64,000 nt of DNA from Eledone cirrhosa (taxonomy: Eukaryota): assembly GCA_964016885.1 (NCBI GenBank), contig OZ024740.1:292020001-292084000 (forward strand), given 5' to 3'. The notes beneath the pieces are model-generated. The model was not told the DNA's origin and did no database searches. It saw nothing but the letters and a program-made list of their open reading frames with translations. Shown in pieces: positions 37,925 through 51,065 of the stretch. The position numbers were made by a program, and so were the translations under genes. Positions within the stretch are counted from its first letter, which is position 1; each line of letters opens with the position of its first letter.

Positions 37925-39960
37925 TGTAGGAGGTGGGTTTTATTGTAGTACAATAAAGCAATGCAAATATCGGATAAGTAGCACTCTACAGTTTGTAGGA
38001 CTGGAGTGTAAATAATATAAGATCAAAAGATGGTTAAAAGAGTTCCAAGTATTTTATTATGCGCATTTCAAAAACAAATATCATCATGAGATGATATCTG
38101 CGTTTTCATCAGATAAAATAGGGATACATGATATGACAATTAAAAAGCACTTGTGAATAGTGAAGTTTTAAATCAACATATGAAAAATAATTTAAGATTG
38201 ATGTGTGATATTGGGAAAAAATGAGGGTGTGTGTGGAAAGGGTGAGAAAGAGGAGGAGATGAGAGTAGAGAATGGTGGGGGGAGGAGTATAAGAAGGAAG
38301 GATGAGAGAGGAGGAGAGATGGGTGAGAGAGAGAGATAGCCTTTACAACTGAGAAAAATATATATTGTCTCACAGAGAGAAGTTAAAAAGCCGTTGGAAG
38401 ATAATAGATAATTTAAAAGAATTTGAAATTAAAAGTTGATGAAGAGAAAAAGGGGGTTAAGAATAATATTAAATTAAGGTTTGTATATTGAAGGGTTTAA
38501 TAATATGTGCGAGGAAAAGAAATTGTTAATATGTATTATTAAAATAAAAATATTAATGTTATTAAGGATATACTGTGAAAAGAAGTAGAAGAGTGGATGA
38601 GTTATGAATTTAGAGGAATTATTTAGTGTTTAAGTTTGTTTTTATGTAATGTAATATGTGTGCGTAATATATGTAAATAGTTTGTTTACAAATGAGCGCA
38701 GAAAACAAAGAAGACAATAATGTTTAAGAAAGAAAAAAAATCTAATATCAAAATATATATGTTTACGAAATATTTTCTAATGGTAATAATATAATATAAT
38801 AAAGGAAATTAGTTAGGGTTTGTTTTTATGTATTGTATTGTAATATGTAATATGTAAAAGTCAGACGAGCATGAAAGGAAGAAAAATATAAGGAACTAAG
38901 GAGGAAAAATCTAACGTAAAAAAAAAAAAATGTTTATGTTTACGAAGGATTATTAAAGGTAATACTATAATGTATTTAAAAGGTAATAATAATTTTTATG
39001 GCCAATGATATGAAGAAAGATGGAAGAGTGGATATGTTGTGGTGAATAATAATAAGAATTGAGAAGTAGTTAGGAAGAAAAAGTACAGATTAGATGTTAG
39101 AAATTAAAAAGAAAAAAGAAGAAAGAAAAGAGGAAGAAAGGAAAGTGATAAAGAGGAATGATATAGAATGAGTAACTAGTATTATATAATGTATAATAAA
39201 TAATATTGGAATAAGGTAGAAAAATGGGTATATTTTTAAAGAAATATATATATAAGCCTTTGAGAAAAAGGATTTAAACTAGTAAAGTATTAGATATTAG
39301 CTGTATACTTTATGGAATGTTCTGTGGAATTTATGCAAGCAGAGAGAAAATAAATCAGTGCGTCTATTTATTATAGAATCTAAATTAGATATAATGGTTA
39401 ATTTCTCAGATAAACAAAGATTACACGTTCTAGATAGGGAGGCATTCAAGTAGGGAGAGGCAGAACAAACTTTCCTCCAAGAGATGTTATAGTTAATATT
39501 TTTGTCTTTCAAGGACCATATGAGTTCTGAGAGTGCCGTGTTAGTTCTTTTAAGTTGGTATTTAAAAGAAGAATTGTGATTATAAAATCTCACTTTGAAG
39601 GAGGTGGAAGTGGAACCGAAATAGGTAAAGGAATTGGTATCAGTTATAACTTTACATTCATAGACTAAGTTTTTTTCAAGACAATGGTTATTGAGAGGAC
39701 ATTTAGTTTTAACAGGGCAATTACAATTGCGATTAGAGAGATTAACAGAGTTATTAACAAGTGACCTAATGTTATTTATAGGAGGAATTGGATTGGAGAA
39801 GTTATTTACGATAGGGATAATAGTTTCCTGATTTAGATTGGTATTATGAACAATCGACGAAGTTACGTTTGACGTCGTATTTGAGTTTGCAGAATCTAGC
39901 CTAGAGTTAACAATGACGTCGGGAGTACTACTGCTATTATTATGACATTCAGTGTTGGAA
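37925..39960 (-). mobile_element. Penelope-like element 3' part (GIY-YIG + long 3' UTR + hammerhead pLTR)
   Basis: CNC...CPL...LVYECKV...YFGSTSTSFKVRFYNH, TALSELIWSLK, CNLCLSEK (39297-39730); hammerhead at 38050-38120. Confidence 0.85.
38050..38120 (-). ncRNA. Type I hammerhead ribozyme (ATGCGCAT family, copy 1 of 4)
   Basis: Reverse complement: TATTTTAT-CTGATGA-[long helix II]-GAAA-TGCGCA-TA-ATAAAATA; 8-bp helix I, canonical core. Confidence 0.85.
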
Positions 39961-39965
39961 GGACA

Positions 39966-42195
39966 ATAGCATCTGTGGTACTTTTACCTGACACAAACCC
40001 AAACTGCATTTCATCTAGATCAATTCGCTCTCTGATTAGTTGCGCTATAACTCTTTCTGTGACCTTCATGACCTTGTCAACTAACTTAATGCCTCTATAG
40101 TTTTCCCTATCTAGAGCATCTCCTTTACCCTTGTAGAAGTTAATGATGATGCTGCTACACCAGTCTTTTGGTATGACTCCATTCTGTATTACTTGGTTAA
40201 CTATACAGGTGACCATAGTATGTCCCACCATTCCAGATGCCTTCAACATCCTAGCAACTATCTCCGAAGGCTCAGCTGCCTAGCCTGTCTTCATATCTTT
40301 GATTGCCTTACTTATTATACTACCTTTAACTTGCAACTTTGGTTCTTCTATAAGATCGATTTGGGGCAGACTATCTTTTTCCTATTTATTCTCCTCATTT
40401 AATAGTCTCTCGTAGTGACACTTCCAGGCTATCTTCTTATCAGTATCAGTGAGGGCAAGTACACCGTTATCATTACGGACACACTTCTCACCGACAATAT
40501 CACGGTTTTCCTTGACACATTGTCTAGCAATCCTGAACACCTCACGTTTTTGGTCCTCACGTAGAATATGCTTGAACTTTCTATCCTCTGCTTTCCTTTT
40601 TGTAAGGTACACTTGTCTCCTAGCTTCTCTCCTGGCCACTTGATAGTGCTCTCTACTTCCCCCATCCTGCCATTCTTTCCAAGCCTGCTTCTTGGTCTTG
40701 ATTGTCTCCTCCACCTTACTGTCCCACCACCAAGTTACTCTGCTCCTGCCAATAGGTCTGCTCCAGATTTCATCTGTTGCTTTCAGCAGGTTCACTTTCA
40801 AGAATTCCCACGGTTCCTCTATATTGCACGTCTCTAATTGCTCTTCCTTATTGTCAAAGGCATCAAGTAATAAGTTTTTAAATTTGTCACTGACTATGGG
40901 GTCCTTCAACTTCCATATACTTCTCCTCAAGGTAGGCCTCCTCTGTCGTCGAGTACGTCTATTCCTGACTTTGAAGAGGTCACTAACTACTAGGCTATAT
41001 TGGGAGGTGCATTCTTCACGGGGGAGGGATTTAGTGTTTACAACTGACACTTTGTCACGTCTTCTAGTAAGGATATAATCTATCTGGTGTTCCCCTGATC
41101 TATAAGTGATCAAGTGGTTTTCTCGTTTTTTGAAGTTTGTGTTACAGATATCTTACAGATAGTTAGGTTATAACGTCACAGAATTCCAGGATTCTGAAGC
41201 CCTCCTCATTTCTATTTCCAACCCCATATCCTCCATGGATTCCCTCATAGCCATCACTATGTTATCACTATGTTATCCAACGTGACCGTTTAGGTCGCCC
41301 CCAATAATTAAGTAGTCACTGTCGGTTATTTGGGAGGTAGTTGTCATTAGCGTCTCATAGAACCTGCCCTTTATAACGTCAGGTAGACTAGATTGGGGTG
41401 CATAAGCGGATATTATTGTCACAGTAGTTCTATTTAGAACTAGTCTTATTTTAATTATTCTGTCATTCACTCTATTTACGTCAATTACCTTATCTACCCA
41501 TTTTTCAGCTAACATAATTCCCTACACCACCCAGTCCGTTGTCATTTCCCACACAGAAAAGTTTATAGCATTGTTTTTTACCCACGATGAATCTGGCAAC
41601 CCACCTCTCCACCTAGTCTCTTGAATACAACAAACATCAACTTCTTTACGTTCAAGCATCTCTACAACCTCATTTGAGTGACCTTTCAATGTGCCTACGT
41701 TCATGGTACCAACTCTGAAGTTGGGAGAGTGGGATGGATGGGTTGGAGGGGCAGGGAGGGGTATGGGAGACGGAATTATGTTGGTCATCCGTGTCTGAAA
41801 TAAAGAGAGGTCTTTGCATTCTCGTCCTGCAGCGGGAGGTGAATTTATCTTTATCTGTGACATTGTCATTGAGAGCTTAGACTTTCCAAATCTCCGCAGA
41901 CGACCCACCAAACAGGTCTAAACTTTAGGAGTAGTAACCGAGGTGGTAGCTTTGCTATACTGATTTGTTAGAGAACTTACTATAAGCCGCTGAGTTATGG
42001 CTGGACCATATAGCAATGGTGGTGTGTGGGGTTGGGAGGGCGGGAAATGGGTAACTTTAGGAGAAGGTTAGTTTTTAGGAAGTGTCCAACAGAATGAGAC
42101 ATATTATTAAAAACATGTAAAATATTAATTTAAAATCCGAGAGAAAAATGGAGAATTTGAAGCTCCCGGATAGATAACTATCCGGGAGCTTCCAA
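39966..42195 (-). mobile_element. RTE-clade LINE, 5' half (APE + RT N-terminus)
   Basis: VGTMNVGTL, CCIQETRW, GGDLNGH, QIDYIL, NYRGIKL, QFGFVSGKSTTDA, then abrupt break into Penelope sequence. Confidence 0.92.
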
Positions 42196-42256
42196 CAGAA
42201 ATGGTTGCATTCTTTAAGGGTATGTCAATATTTATTTATAAAACTGCTCTATATTA

Positions 42257-42321
42257 TATTTTATCTGATGAAAGCATACCATAATTTAACTTGGTGTCCT
42301 TGAAATATGTATAATGAAATA
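42257..42321 (+). ncRNA. Type I hammerhead ribozyme candidate
   Basis: TATTTTAT-CTGATGA-AAG..ATACCA/TGGTGT..CTT-GAAA-TATGTA-TA-ATGAAATA; AUA triplet; overlapping AATAAA. Confidence 0.7.
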
Positions 42322-42445
42322 AATATGGTTTTATAAATATAGTTTCCATTTGTTAATATCGTATTTTTACTCCAATTATTTGTTGAGTGCTTTATATCAG
42401 TTATAAACATATTTGCTTGTTGTATCCCAACAATTTAAATAGAAC

Positions 42446-42537
<92 letters not shown>

Positions 42538-43489
42538 CATCCGCCACATTCAACGCACGTTTATCAAGAAAATACTACGACATAACCACCATCAACTGTG
42601 ACTCCATATACAAACGATCTCCGAGCACATAGATCGTATAGCTCCAACCCTCACCCCTGACCTCCAGGTCCAGAAAATACGCGAAGCTATCGATCAGTGT
42701 TACCACACCAGAGTCAAATACGATAAACAGCGCCTTATACGGAAATACGAATGGACTGTAAACAAATACTACAATGACAACATCCGCTCCCACAGACGGA
42801 CCGACTACAACCACACCAGGGGCAACAGCGATACAACACCCTCCGCTACACCCCCCAACAGCGATCTACCTACCAACGATGCTTCACACCTCGTTACCGA
42901 CTTAACCGGTACCCTCACCAACGACGAACTCGAACTCCTGCGCCTCGGACCCAAGTTCATCATTACACAGCGTCTCGATGATAGACTGAAACTCGACATC
43001 GAAACCAACTTCTGTCGGACAGCGTATCAACTGAAATGGCTAACCGCCATCCAAAACAACACCGAGATCGATTACAACCCCACAACCCACCCCACACTCC
43101 CCACGTACCACCTCGACAACCCACTCCACCCCCACCCACTAACCACGAACTTGACACTAAACTACTCAGGTTGAAACATTCTATCTCTAACATACTTTCC
43201 CAACACACACACACACACAATAAACGCAACCTCACCAATGCACAATTTAATACTCTCACCAACCTAAGATCCAGGAACCTTGTTTACCTTCCCTCTGACA
43301 AGGGGAAAGAATTCTGTGTCATCTCGAGAGAGACCTACAACAACTTAGCTCTCCAACATCTTAATGACGACAGCCTCTACTCGAAAGTCACAGGGACCTC
43401 CTCGACTCTAATCGAGGAAGGCATTAACACCATATGGACTAACATCTGTGTCCAACGAAAACTGCCAAAGAAGGTAAAAAAACAACATA

Positions 43490-44962
43490 ATGACTCGAAA
43501 CAGCAAACTACCCACCTTCTACCACCTAGTGAAAACCCATAAACAAGGACCCGATTTGAAAATCAGGCCCATTGTCTCTAGCGTGGAGGGCCTACTTTAC
43601 AAAATATCGTGGCTGCTCTCCACACTACTGAAACCCATTCTACACACACTACCAGCCCACGTCTGCAGCTCAAAGGAGGTCTTGGAGCGACTACACCATC
43701 TGGCGTCCAACACCAGAAAGGACAACGGATATGCCTTCAGTCTTGATGTGGTCGCCCTTTATACCTCCGTACCAGCATCCCCAGCCGTCGACCTGTTGAC
43801 CGAACGAGTCCGAGCATCTAACTTACACTGCTTCGGACTCACACACACGGACATCCACCAACTCCTCTCCTTCGTTGTGGATAATGCATTCTTCAATTTC
43901 CTCGGCCACACGTACAAACAGATCTCTGGGCTACCTATGGGCTCTAGTCTGTCCGGCATACTTGCGATCTCGTACATGGACCACCTGGAACGCAAGGCAC
44001 TCAACACCTGCCAACCCAACGCCGTCGCCTTCTACTCCAGATACGTTGATGACATACTGATACTCACTTCTTCCCGGGAGATGGCGAATGAAATTCACCA
44101 AATCTTCAACGACACTGACCATCACGTCGATTTCACCATCGAACACCCTGGAGAAGACGGGTCACTCGCCCTCCTCGACTTCTGTATCAACATCTCGGAA
44201 GAAGGAGACATAAACACCGCCTTCTACCGCAAGGCAGCATGCAAGGACTTATTTGTGCATTACAACTCAGCCCTCCCCAACAACGCTAAGAGAGGCTATG
44301 TCCTAAATGAACTTACACGGATCACTAATAGATGCAGCGACCCGATGGGTGGTCTCACCCATACCACGCAATTCCGTAATCTACTCAAGTCTAATGGATA
44401 TCCCAAGCGACTGATTAACGGAATTAGAGACCCCAGACCTAATAGACAGACACCCACTAGAAACTTAGATAAAAGCAGGTGCTTCTTTAAAATCCCCCAC
44501 CTGAGTGAATATACCACGAACGCCATCCGCAGGGCCATACGGAGGGAGGGACTTGACATACATTTGGCCCACACAGGACCTTCGCTCCGAAGATGCCTCT
44601 CCAACAAACCCGACGAGTCAGATGGGACGTGTTCCCTCAGCAACTGCCCGATACGGGGGGAAGATTGCCTACGCACCTATGTCGTATATAAGATTCAATG
44701 CGATAAATGTAACAAGTTTTACATAAGTAGCACCATCCGACCCCTACATGTTCGTATCAAGGAACATGTCAACACCAACGCATCTTCCTTCCGTAAACAC
44801 ATCCTTAAATGCGGAAACCCACAGGGCAGACCCTTGGTCACAGTCCTAGCGACTGAACGCAGCATCGGATCCTTAAGGATAAAGGAAGTACTTGTTATTA
44901 AGAACCTCAGACCCCCACTTAACAACCGGGCTGAGAGAAATGAGCTGACATGGCTAATTTAA
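43490..44962 (+). pseudogene. Penelope RT + GIY-YIG ORF remnant (490 aa)
   Basis: Continuous RT-thumb-linker-endonuclease; joined to upstream ORF 43036-43542 by a frameshift; YIG reads YIS. Confidence 0.88.
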
Positions 44963-45400
44963 CCATAGTGACCAGTAACAGCCCCTACGGCCTACTATCT
45001 TTCACACACACGCACTTATATGTATACCCATACACATACACACACACATCTATATTTATACACGCACACATGTTTATACAACCTACCACCTTTCACACCC
45101 TTTGATTTCCAGCTTCTACGGCCCACTATCTTTCACACACACACACTCACATACATACACACATACACATATACACACACAGTTACACACACACATATAT
45201 TTACACACACATATTTTACGGCTTTCACACGCTAGCGCACCCTATTGATTTAACCCAATTGGTCAGTAGCTTTTGCCACAGCCTATCACGCGCACGCGCA
45301 TTCTTTCCCTCGTTTGAATTTTTCCCCATAACGGCATTCCTATGTTTTAACGACAATACAACTTTCTCCGGCTTAGCCTGTTCCCCCCCTTTTGGAACTT

Positions 45401-45436
45401 TCCCCCGTTGATGGGCGTGAGCCCGAAATATTGGGA
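45401..45436 (+). ncRNA. Degenerate minimal hammerhead in the Penelope pLTR
   Basis: TCCC-CCGTTGA-T-GGGC GTGA GCCC-GAAA-TA-TT-GGGA; two core mismatches. Confidence 0.45.
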
Positions 45437-45570
45437 TTAAATCTCCACTACGGTAACCCTTCTACCTTTGTTTTGTTTTCATTCTCGTTTCTCTCAATTT
45501 TCACTTTACTCCTATTTCTCACTCACTTCCTACCTCGAGATTTCCCATCTGCATTGTTGTGGCTTTCTAA

Positions 45571-45655
<85 letters not shown>

Positions 45656-45685
45656 AGATCAAAAGATGGTTAAAGGAGTTCCATG

Positions 45686-45756
45686 TATTTTATTATGCGC
45701 ATTTCAAAAACAAACATCATCATGCAATAATATTTGTGTTTTCATCAGATAAAACA
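45686..45756 (-). ncRNA. Type I hammerhead (ATGCGCAT family, copy 2)
   Basis: Intact CTGATGA and GAAA-TGCGCA-TA core; several helix II substitutions. Confidence 0.75.
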
Positions 45757-46075
45757 GGAGAACATGATATGAAGGCTAAAAAACACTTGTGGATAGTGCA
45801 GTTTTAAATCAACATATTGATCTTATATTATGTATACTCCAGTCCAACATTTTGATCTTATATTATGTATACTCCAGTCCTACAAACTGTAGAGTGCTTC
45901 TTATCCGATATCTGCATTGCTTTATTGTACTACAATAAAACTCACCTCCTACATATATATATATATATATGTATATATAAATGAAGTAATTCCGTCGGAA
46001 AGGTCCAGGAAAAAAGACCGTTCTATGTAGGTTAAAGAGCTTATTAGTTATGTAATAAACAACATAAGATAATTA

Positions 46076-46135
46076 TTTCATTTACCAGTGGGTTTTTGAA
46101 AGCAAACAAATCTGCTTTCAGTCGTCAGAATGAAA
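46076..46135 (-). ncRNA. Type I hammerhead-like motif, G12 mutated
   Basis: Reverse complement: TTTCATT-CTGACGA-C-TGAAAGCAGA TTTG TTTGCTTTCA-AAAA-CCCACTGG-TA-AATGAAA; the sister copy at 51845 retains GAAA. Confidence 0.6.
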
Positions 46136-46334
46136 AAATCCTGGTGTTTTATTGAATGTGGATTTGAAAACAAAAATATAAGAAATATGAAAGTGAGGCC
46201 GAGAGAAGAAGAAAGAAAGATTATAAATATATAAGTATATAAACACACACACGCGCGCGCGCGCACGCACACACACACATATATATATACACATACACAT
46301 ACACATAAATACACAAACACATGTATATATATAT

Positions 46335-46622
46335 ATAAATTAATATTTGATGAACATTTACATGTTTTAGTTGCAATTGACTAATAAAATCGCTAGAATG
46401 AAATATCTTAATTCAACAACATAAAGTTTGCCTGTACGATCTAAAAAATAATAAATCAATACTCACAGACTCATATGGGCATATGAGTCTGTGAGTATTG
46501 ATTTATTATTTTTTAGATCGTACAGGCAAACTTTAAGTTGTTGAATTAAGATATTTCATTCTAGCGATTTTATTAGTCAATTGCAACTAAAACATGTAAA
46601 TGTTCATCAAATATTAATTTAT
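46335..46622. repeat. Near-perfect 288-bp palindrome
   Basis: About 143-bp arms around CATATG-GG-CATATG (centre 46478-46479); one mismatch seen. Confidence 0.95.
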
Positions 46623-46977
46623 TCTGCTCAGAAGCGATTCTTAGAGCTGAAATGATTGTAAATGACCCCATTGAGTCTAAACTCTAAGCTATTTATATAT
46701 ATATATATATATAAACGGAAAAAATGAAACGAAATTTCATTTCCCACTCTTAGTACGGCTGTTACTTAAATATAAGTATGTACACGTACATACATATATG
46801 TATACAGACGTACAGTAGTATGTATATATATATACATACATGCACACACATATATATGTATGTATGGATTCACCGAACATTTATTATAATGCTCGGTGTG
46901 TTTGTAAACAAACATCCCGTATTAAGCCGTAGTGTCCAGCAACCATCGTAGCTCTTTTGTTCAACACTGACAAAGGA

Positions 46978-47020
46978 ACGCTGTACTAGTTTCAAGCTTA
47001 TTAGCTATCGTCAGCAACGT
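46978..47020 (-). ncRNA. Minimal type I hammerhead ribozyme
   Basis: Reverse complement: ACGTTG-CTGACGA-T-AGCT AATA AGCT-T-GAAA-CTAG-TA-CAGCGT; palindromic ACTAGT helix III, GUA triplet. Confidence 0.8.
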
Positions 47021-47068
47021 ATACCTTCCTGCCAGATTGTTGAACGTATATACTTACCTTATGCATAT

Positions 47069-47192
47069 TAACGGCTGAGTAGCCCAATTTGCATATCGAG
47101 TGGGTTAATCGGGCGGGTGCACCGAAAACGATAAACGGAAAAAATGAAACGAAATTTCATTTCCCACTCTGCAAATTGGGCTACTCAGCCGT

Positions 47193-47194
<2 letters not shown>
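47069..47194. mobile_element. Small MITE with 25-bp terminal inverted repeats
   Basis: TAACGGCTGAGTAGCCCAATTTGCA ... TGCAAATTGGGCTACTCAGCCGTTA; internal part also at 46711-46750. Confidence 0.75.
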
Positions 47195-47229
<35 letters not shown>

Positions 47230-47237
47230 ATACATAC

Positions 47238-47270
<33 letters not shown>

Positions 47271-47901
47271 TAATTATAAAAATAAGTAAAAATAAATAAA
47301 CAAACACACGTGGTAAGCAAATGCACAAAACAAAATAAAATAAATATATATATCATCTCCTCACTAGAAGTCTTATATTTTTTATGTGGGCTGATAGTGA
47401 TTTGATTAAGGAATTGCAGAAACCCAAAAAGCTAGAATTTAACATCCTTCTAGCGGGTCCGGGTGAGTTTTTTTACATTCATTTAATTTATTATTTTATT
47501 GATATTTTATTTGAGTGACCCGAATCTTCCTGGTCGTTCTTTTTCGGCTGCACGGGTGATTTTAGGCATGATCTCTGTGTGTTGGTATTTTAACGATAGT
47601 TATAGCTCTGGTTTATCCAAACTATTGAGCCCTCTGCCACACATGTCGGATATTGTTTATCGTGATTTCGTGGGCCGATATTCCGATTCTCGATCATTCT
47701 ATTGTATATATATATATATATACACACATATATATATACATATATCAAAAAATATAAATACATTCACACACACATATACATGAGAAAAAATACATACAAC
47801 CATATACACACATATATATAAATAATTACTTATATATAAAAATATACATACATACACACATACGCATATGTACACGTACATACACACGCGCACACACACA
47901 C

Positions 47902-47977
<76 letters not shown>

Positions 47978-48007
47978 AGATCAAAAGATGGTTAAAAGAG
48001 TTCCAAA

Positions 48008-48078
48008 TATTTTATTATGCGCATTTCAAAAACAAATATCATCGTGGGATGATATCTGCGTTTTCATCAGATAAAATA
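48008..48078 (-). ncRNA. Type I hammerhead (ATGCGCAT family, copy 3)
   Basis: Same fold as 38050; loop II differs. Confidence 0.85.
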
Positions 48079-48286
48079 GGGAGACATGATATGAAGCTTA
48101 AAAAAGACTTGTGAATAGTGAAGTTTTAAATCAACATATGAAAAATAATTTAAAATTGATGTATGAGATTGGGAAAAAGTGAGGGGGGGGGGTTGGAAAA
48201 CATACATCAATCTTAAATTATTTTTCATATGTTGATTTAAAACTTCACTCTTCACAAGTGTTTGTTAAGCTTCATATCATGTATCC

Positions 48287-48356
48287 CTATTTTATCTGAT
48301 GAAAACGCAGATATCATCCCATGATATTTGTTTTTGAAATGCGCATAATAAAATAG
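48287..48356 (+). ncRNA. Type I hammerhead (ATGCGCAT family, copy 4, inverted relative to copy 3)
   Basis: CTATTTTAT-CTGATGA-AAACGCAGATATCAT CCC ATGATATTTGTTTTT-GAAA-TGCGCA-TA-ATAAAATAG; 9-bp helix I. Confidence 0.85.
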
Positions 48357-48474
48357 TTGGAACTCTTTTAACCATCTTTTGATCTTATATTTTTTATACT
48401 CCAGTCCTACAAACTGTAGAGTGCTACTTATCCAATATTTGCATTGCTTTATTGTGCTACAATAAAACTCACCT

Positions 48475-48510
<36 letters not shown>

Positions 48511-48834
48511 TGGAAGGGGTATTCAATAAGTTGGAAATCCGACAAGTATAAATAAAAATATAAATGTTTATAACTTATTTAGAGCACTCAACAAGTTCCT
48601 GGAGTAAATATTCAATGATATTAAATATTTAATATCTTTGTATATCTCTATATATATATATACATACATATATACATACATATATATATATATATATACA
48701 CACACATATATATATATATATATACATACACACATATACACACACACATACATAAAGTTGCATCACCACATATATATAAAAACACACACACACACGCACA
48801 CACACACACACACACACGCACACACACACACACA

Positions 48835-48890
<56 letters not shown>

Positions 48891-48975
48891 AATATACATA
48901 CATATACACATATACAAACACATATACATAAACATAAACATACATATACACAGACAATAATTACACACTCACATA

Positions 48976-49085
<110 letters not shown>

Positions 49086-49369
49086 CATATATACATATAT
49101 ATATATATACATATATATACATATATATACATACATACACACAGAAATATATATTTATATATAAAAAAAGAGGTGGGTGTGTAAAGGGTAAGATAGAAAG
49201 TAGGGGGACTATAAGTCAACAGAATTATAAATAACATAGGAAAAAAAAATCTATATATATATAAATATAAGAGGAGATGAGGGAGAAAAAGAATATATGG
49301 GTAAAGAATGTGAGTTCAGAGAGTAATAATAATCGTAGTGGATGTAAGGCGTATGAGTAAAGAAGAAGT

Positions 49370-50250
49370 TTAAGGTGGTTGAATCATCGTAGGAATGTCA
49401 ATCCAGTTACAAAGTAGATGTGATTTCAGGTGAGGACAACATCTGAAGATCTCGGTCTTGGAGTTAAGGCAAGTGGAAGTGGCTTTCAAATTTTGGAGAA
49501 TTCTAAATTTTTCCGTGTTGCACAAAGAACAATGCTTTGTGCCCATTTGGTATTCTCTTGAATGGTCTAAAATAGACCAATAGATAGTGTACGGGATGTT
49601 TTTGTCTTTGAATTCCCACACTTTATTTGCGAGAGCCGTTCCTGTTCTTTTATGAGGTTGTTTAAAAGAAGCGACATGTGCATAAAACCTGGTTTTGAAC
49701 CTGTCCTGAGTCATGCCAACATATCGTTCACTCCTGGCTGGCTGGTTGTTAATCAACGGTGTCAATTTGGCCTCATACACGACGGATTTAGTATTACATT
49801 TGCCCTGTAATGGGCATTCTTCCGGCTTCCTGCAACTGCATCCTGGATTTACTCTCGTACGATTAGAGTTGGTAATTTTAGTCTTCATTGATGACAGCAA
49901 GAGTAACTGATTTTGACTACATTTCTATTAAATATCTTATAATATCTATGATTAGGGGGAAAATGTTTGTCTAGGAGGTCGAGGAATTTCCTTCCTACAT
50001 TAGTTTTGACAGTTAGAGAGAAGGGGGTGTAAACCAGATAATTTTCCTTTTCCTATTATTGTGATTAGTTATAGAGGGAAGTGTAGCTAAATATTTAATA
50101 TGTTCTGTAAAGCCGCTGTTATTGAGGGACTTATTATAATAAGGGGCGGCTTTGTTAAAATTGTCTAGAGACGAAGATAAGGTAGAAATCCTACTGCTAA
50201 TATTAGGAATAAGATTTTTAAAAAGTATAGGGGGATAACAAGACTCTATG
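49370..50250 (-). mobile_element. Penelope-like element fragment (RT thumb + GIY-YIG)
   Basis: [68 protein letters not shown]. Confidence 0.88.
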
Positions 50251-51065
50251 TGTATATATCTTAGATTCATATGCGTATGTGTGTATGTATGTATATTTTT
50301 ATATATAAGTAATTATTTATATATATGTGTGTATGTGGTTGTATTTATTTTTTCCCATGTATATGTGTGTGTGAATGTATTTATATTTTTTGATATATGT
50401 ATATACACCTACATTTGTGTATATGTACCTATACGTGTGCTTGAGAGTATATGCGTGCATATGTGTGTGTATGCATGTGAGTATGTATATGTGTGTATTG
50501 TGTGTGTGTATATATATATATGTGTGTATATATATGTGTGTGTATATATATGTGTGTGTATATATATTTGTATGTATATACTTAACTGTGTATATGTTTG
50601 TACTGTATAGATATATGTGTGTATATTTCTATGTATATGTATGTGTATATATATATATATATATATAGTAATAATAATAAAATTGAAGACTAAAATCCAA
50701 AGAGGGCTCGATAAGAAAAATATATATCAAATATATAAGAACCGAAGAGCAAATATTTATTAATATAACAGATTATATTAATAAATATATATATATATAT
50801 ATATTTATATAAATGAAAGGTATAGAAAGTATTGTAGCAAGAAGCCAACAGTATTCCATAATATATAAGTGACTATAGCGTCAAAATGTGAAAATACTTA
50901 ACGTAAGATGTGGGAAAAATAATTCAAATTAACTTCAAAAAGAATCAGGATATAGATTTATCCAACAGAATTTAGTGAAATCCAGGGAAAAATCAATATA
51001 GCCTTAACTCATGATAAAATAAAGTTTAAAATACTCATCCTTCAATTTGGGACAACTACAAATGG

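Larger units (their letters stand above)
42540..45578 (+). mobile_element. Penelope-like retroelement, near full length, frameshifted
   Basis: N-terminal LLRLGPKF and PSDKG; RT motifs IRPIVS, SLDVVALYTSVP, GLPMGSSLS, RYVDDIL, LLDF; C-terminal VVYKIQCDKCNKFYISSTIRPLHVRIKEH (GIY-YIG); flanked by (CA)n/(TA)n. Confidence 0.93.

Noticed and set aside
50670-50765. Repeat shared in inverted form with 59141-59240, with GCTC/GAGC-closed stem
   Set aside because: No CUGANGA or GAAA core; treated as an unclassified short repeat.
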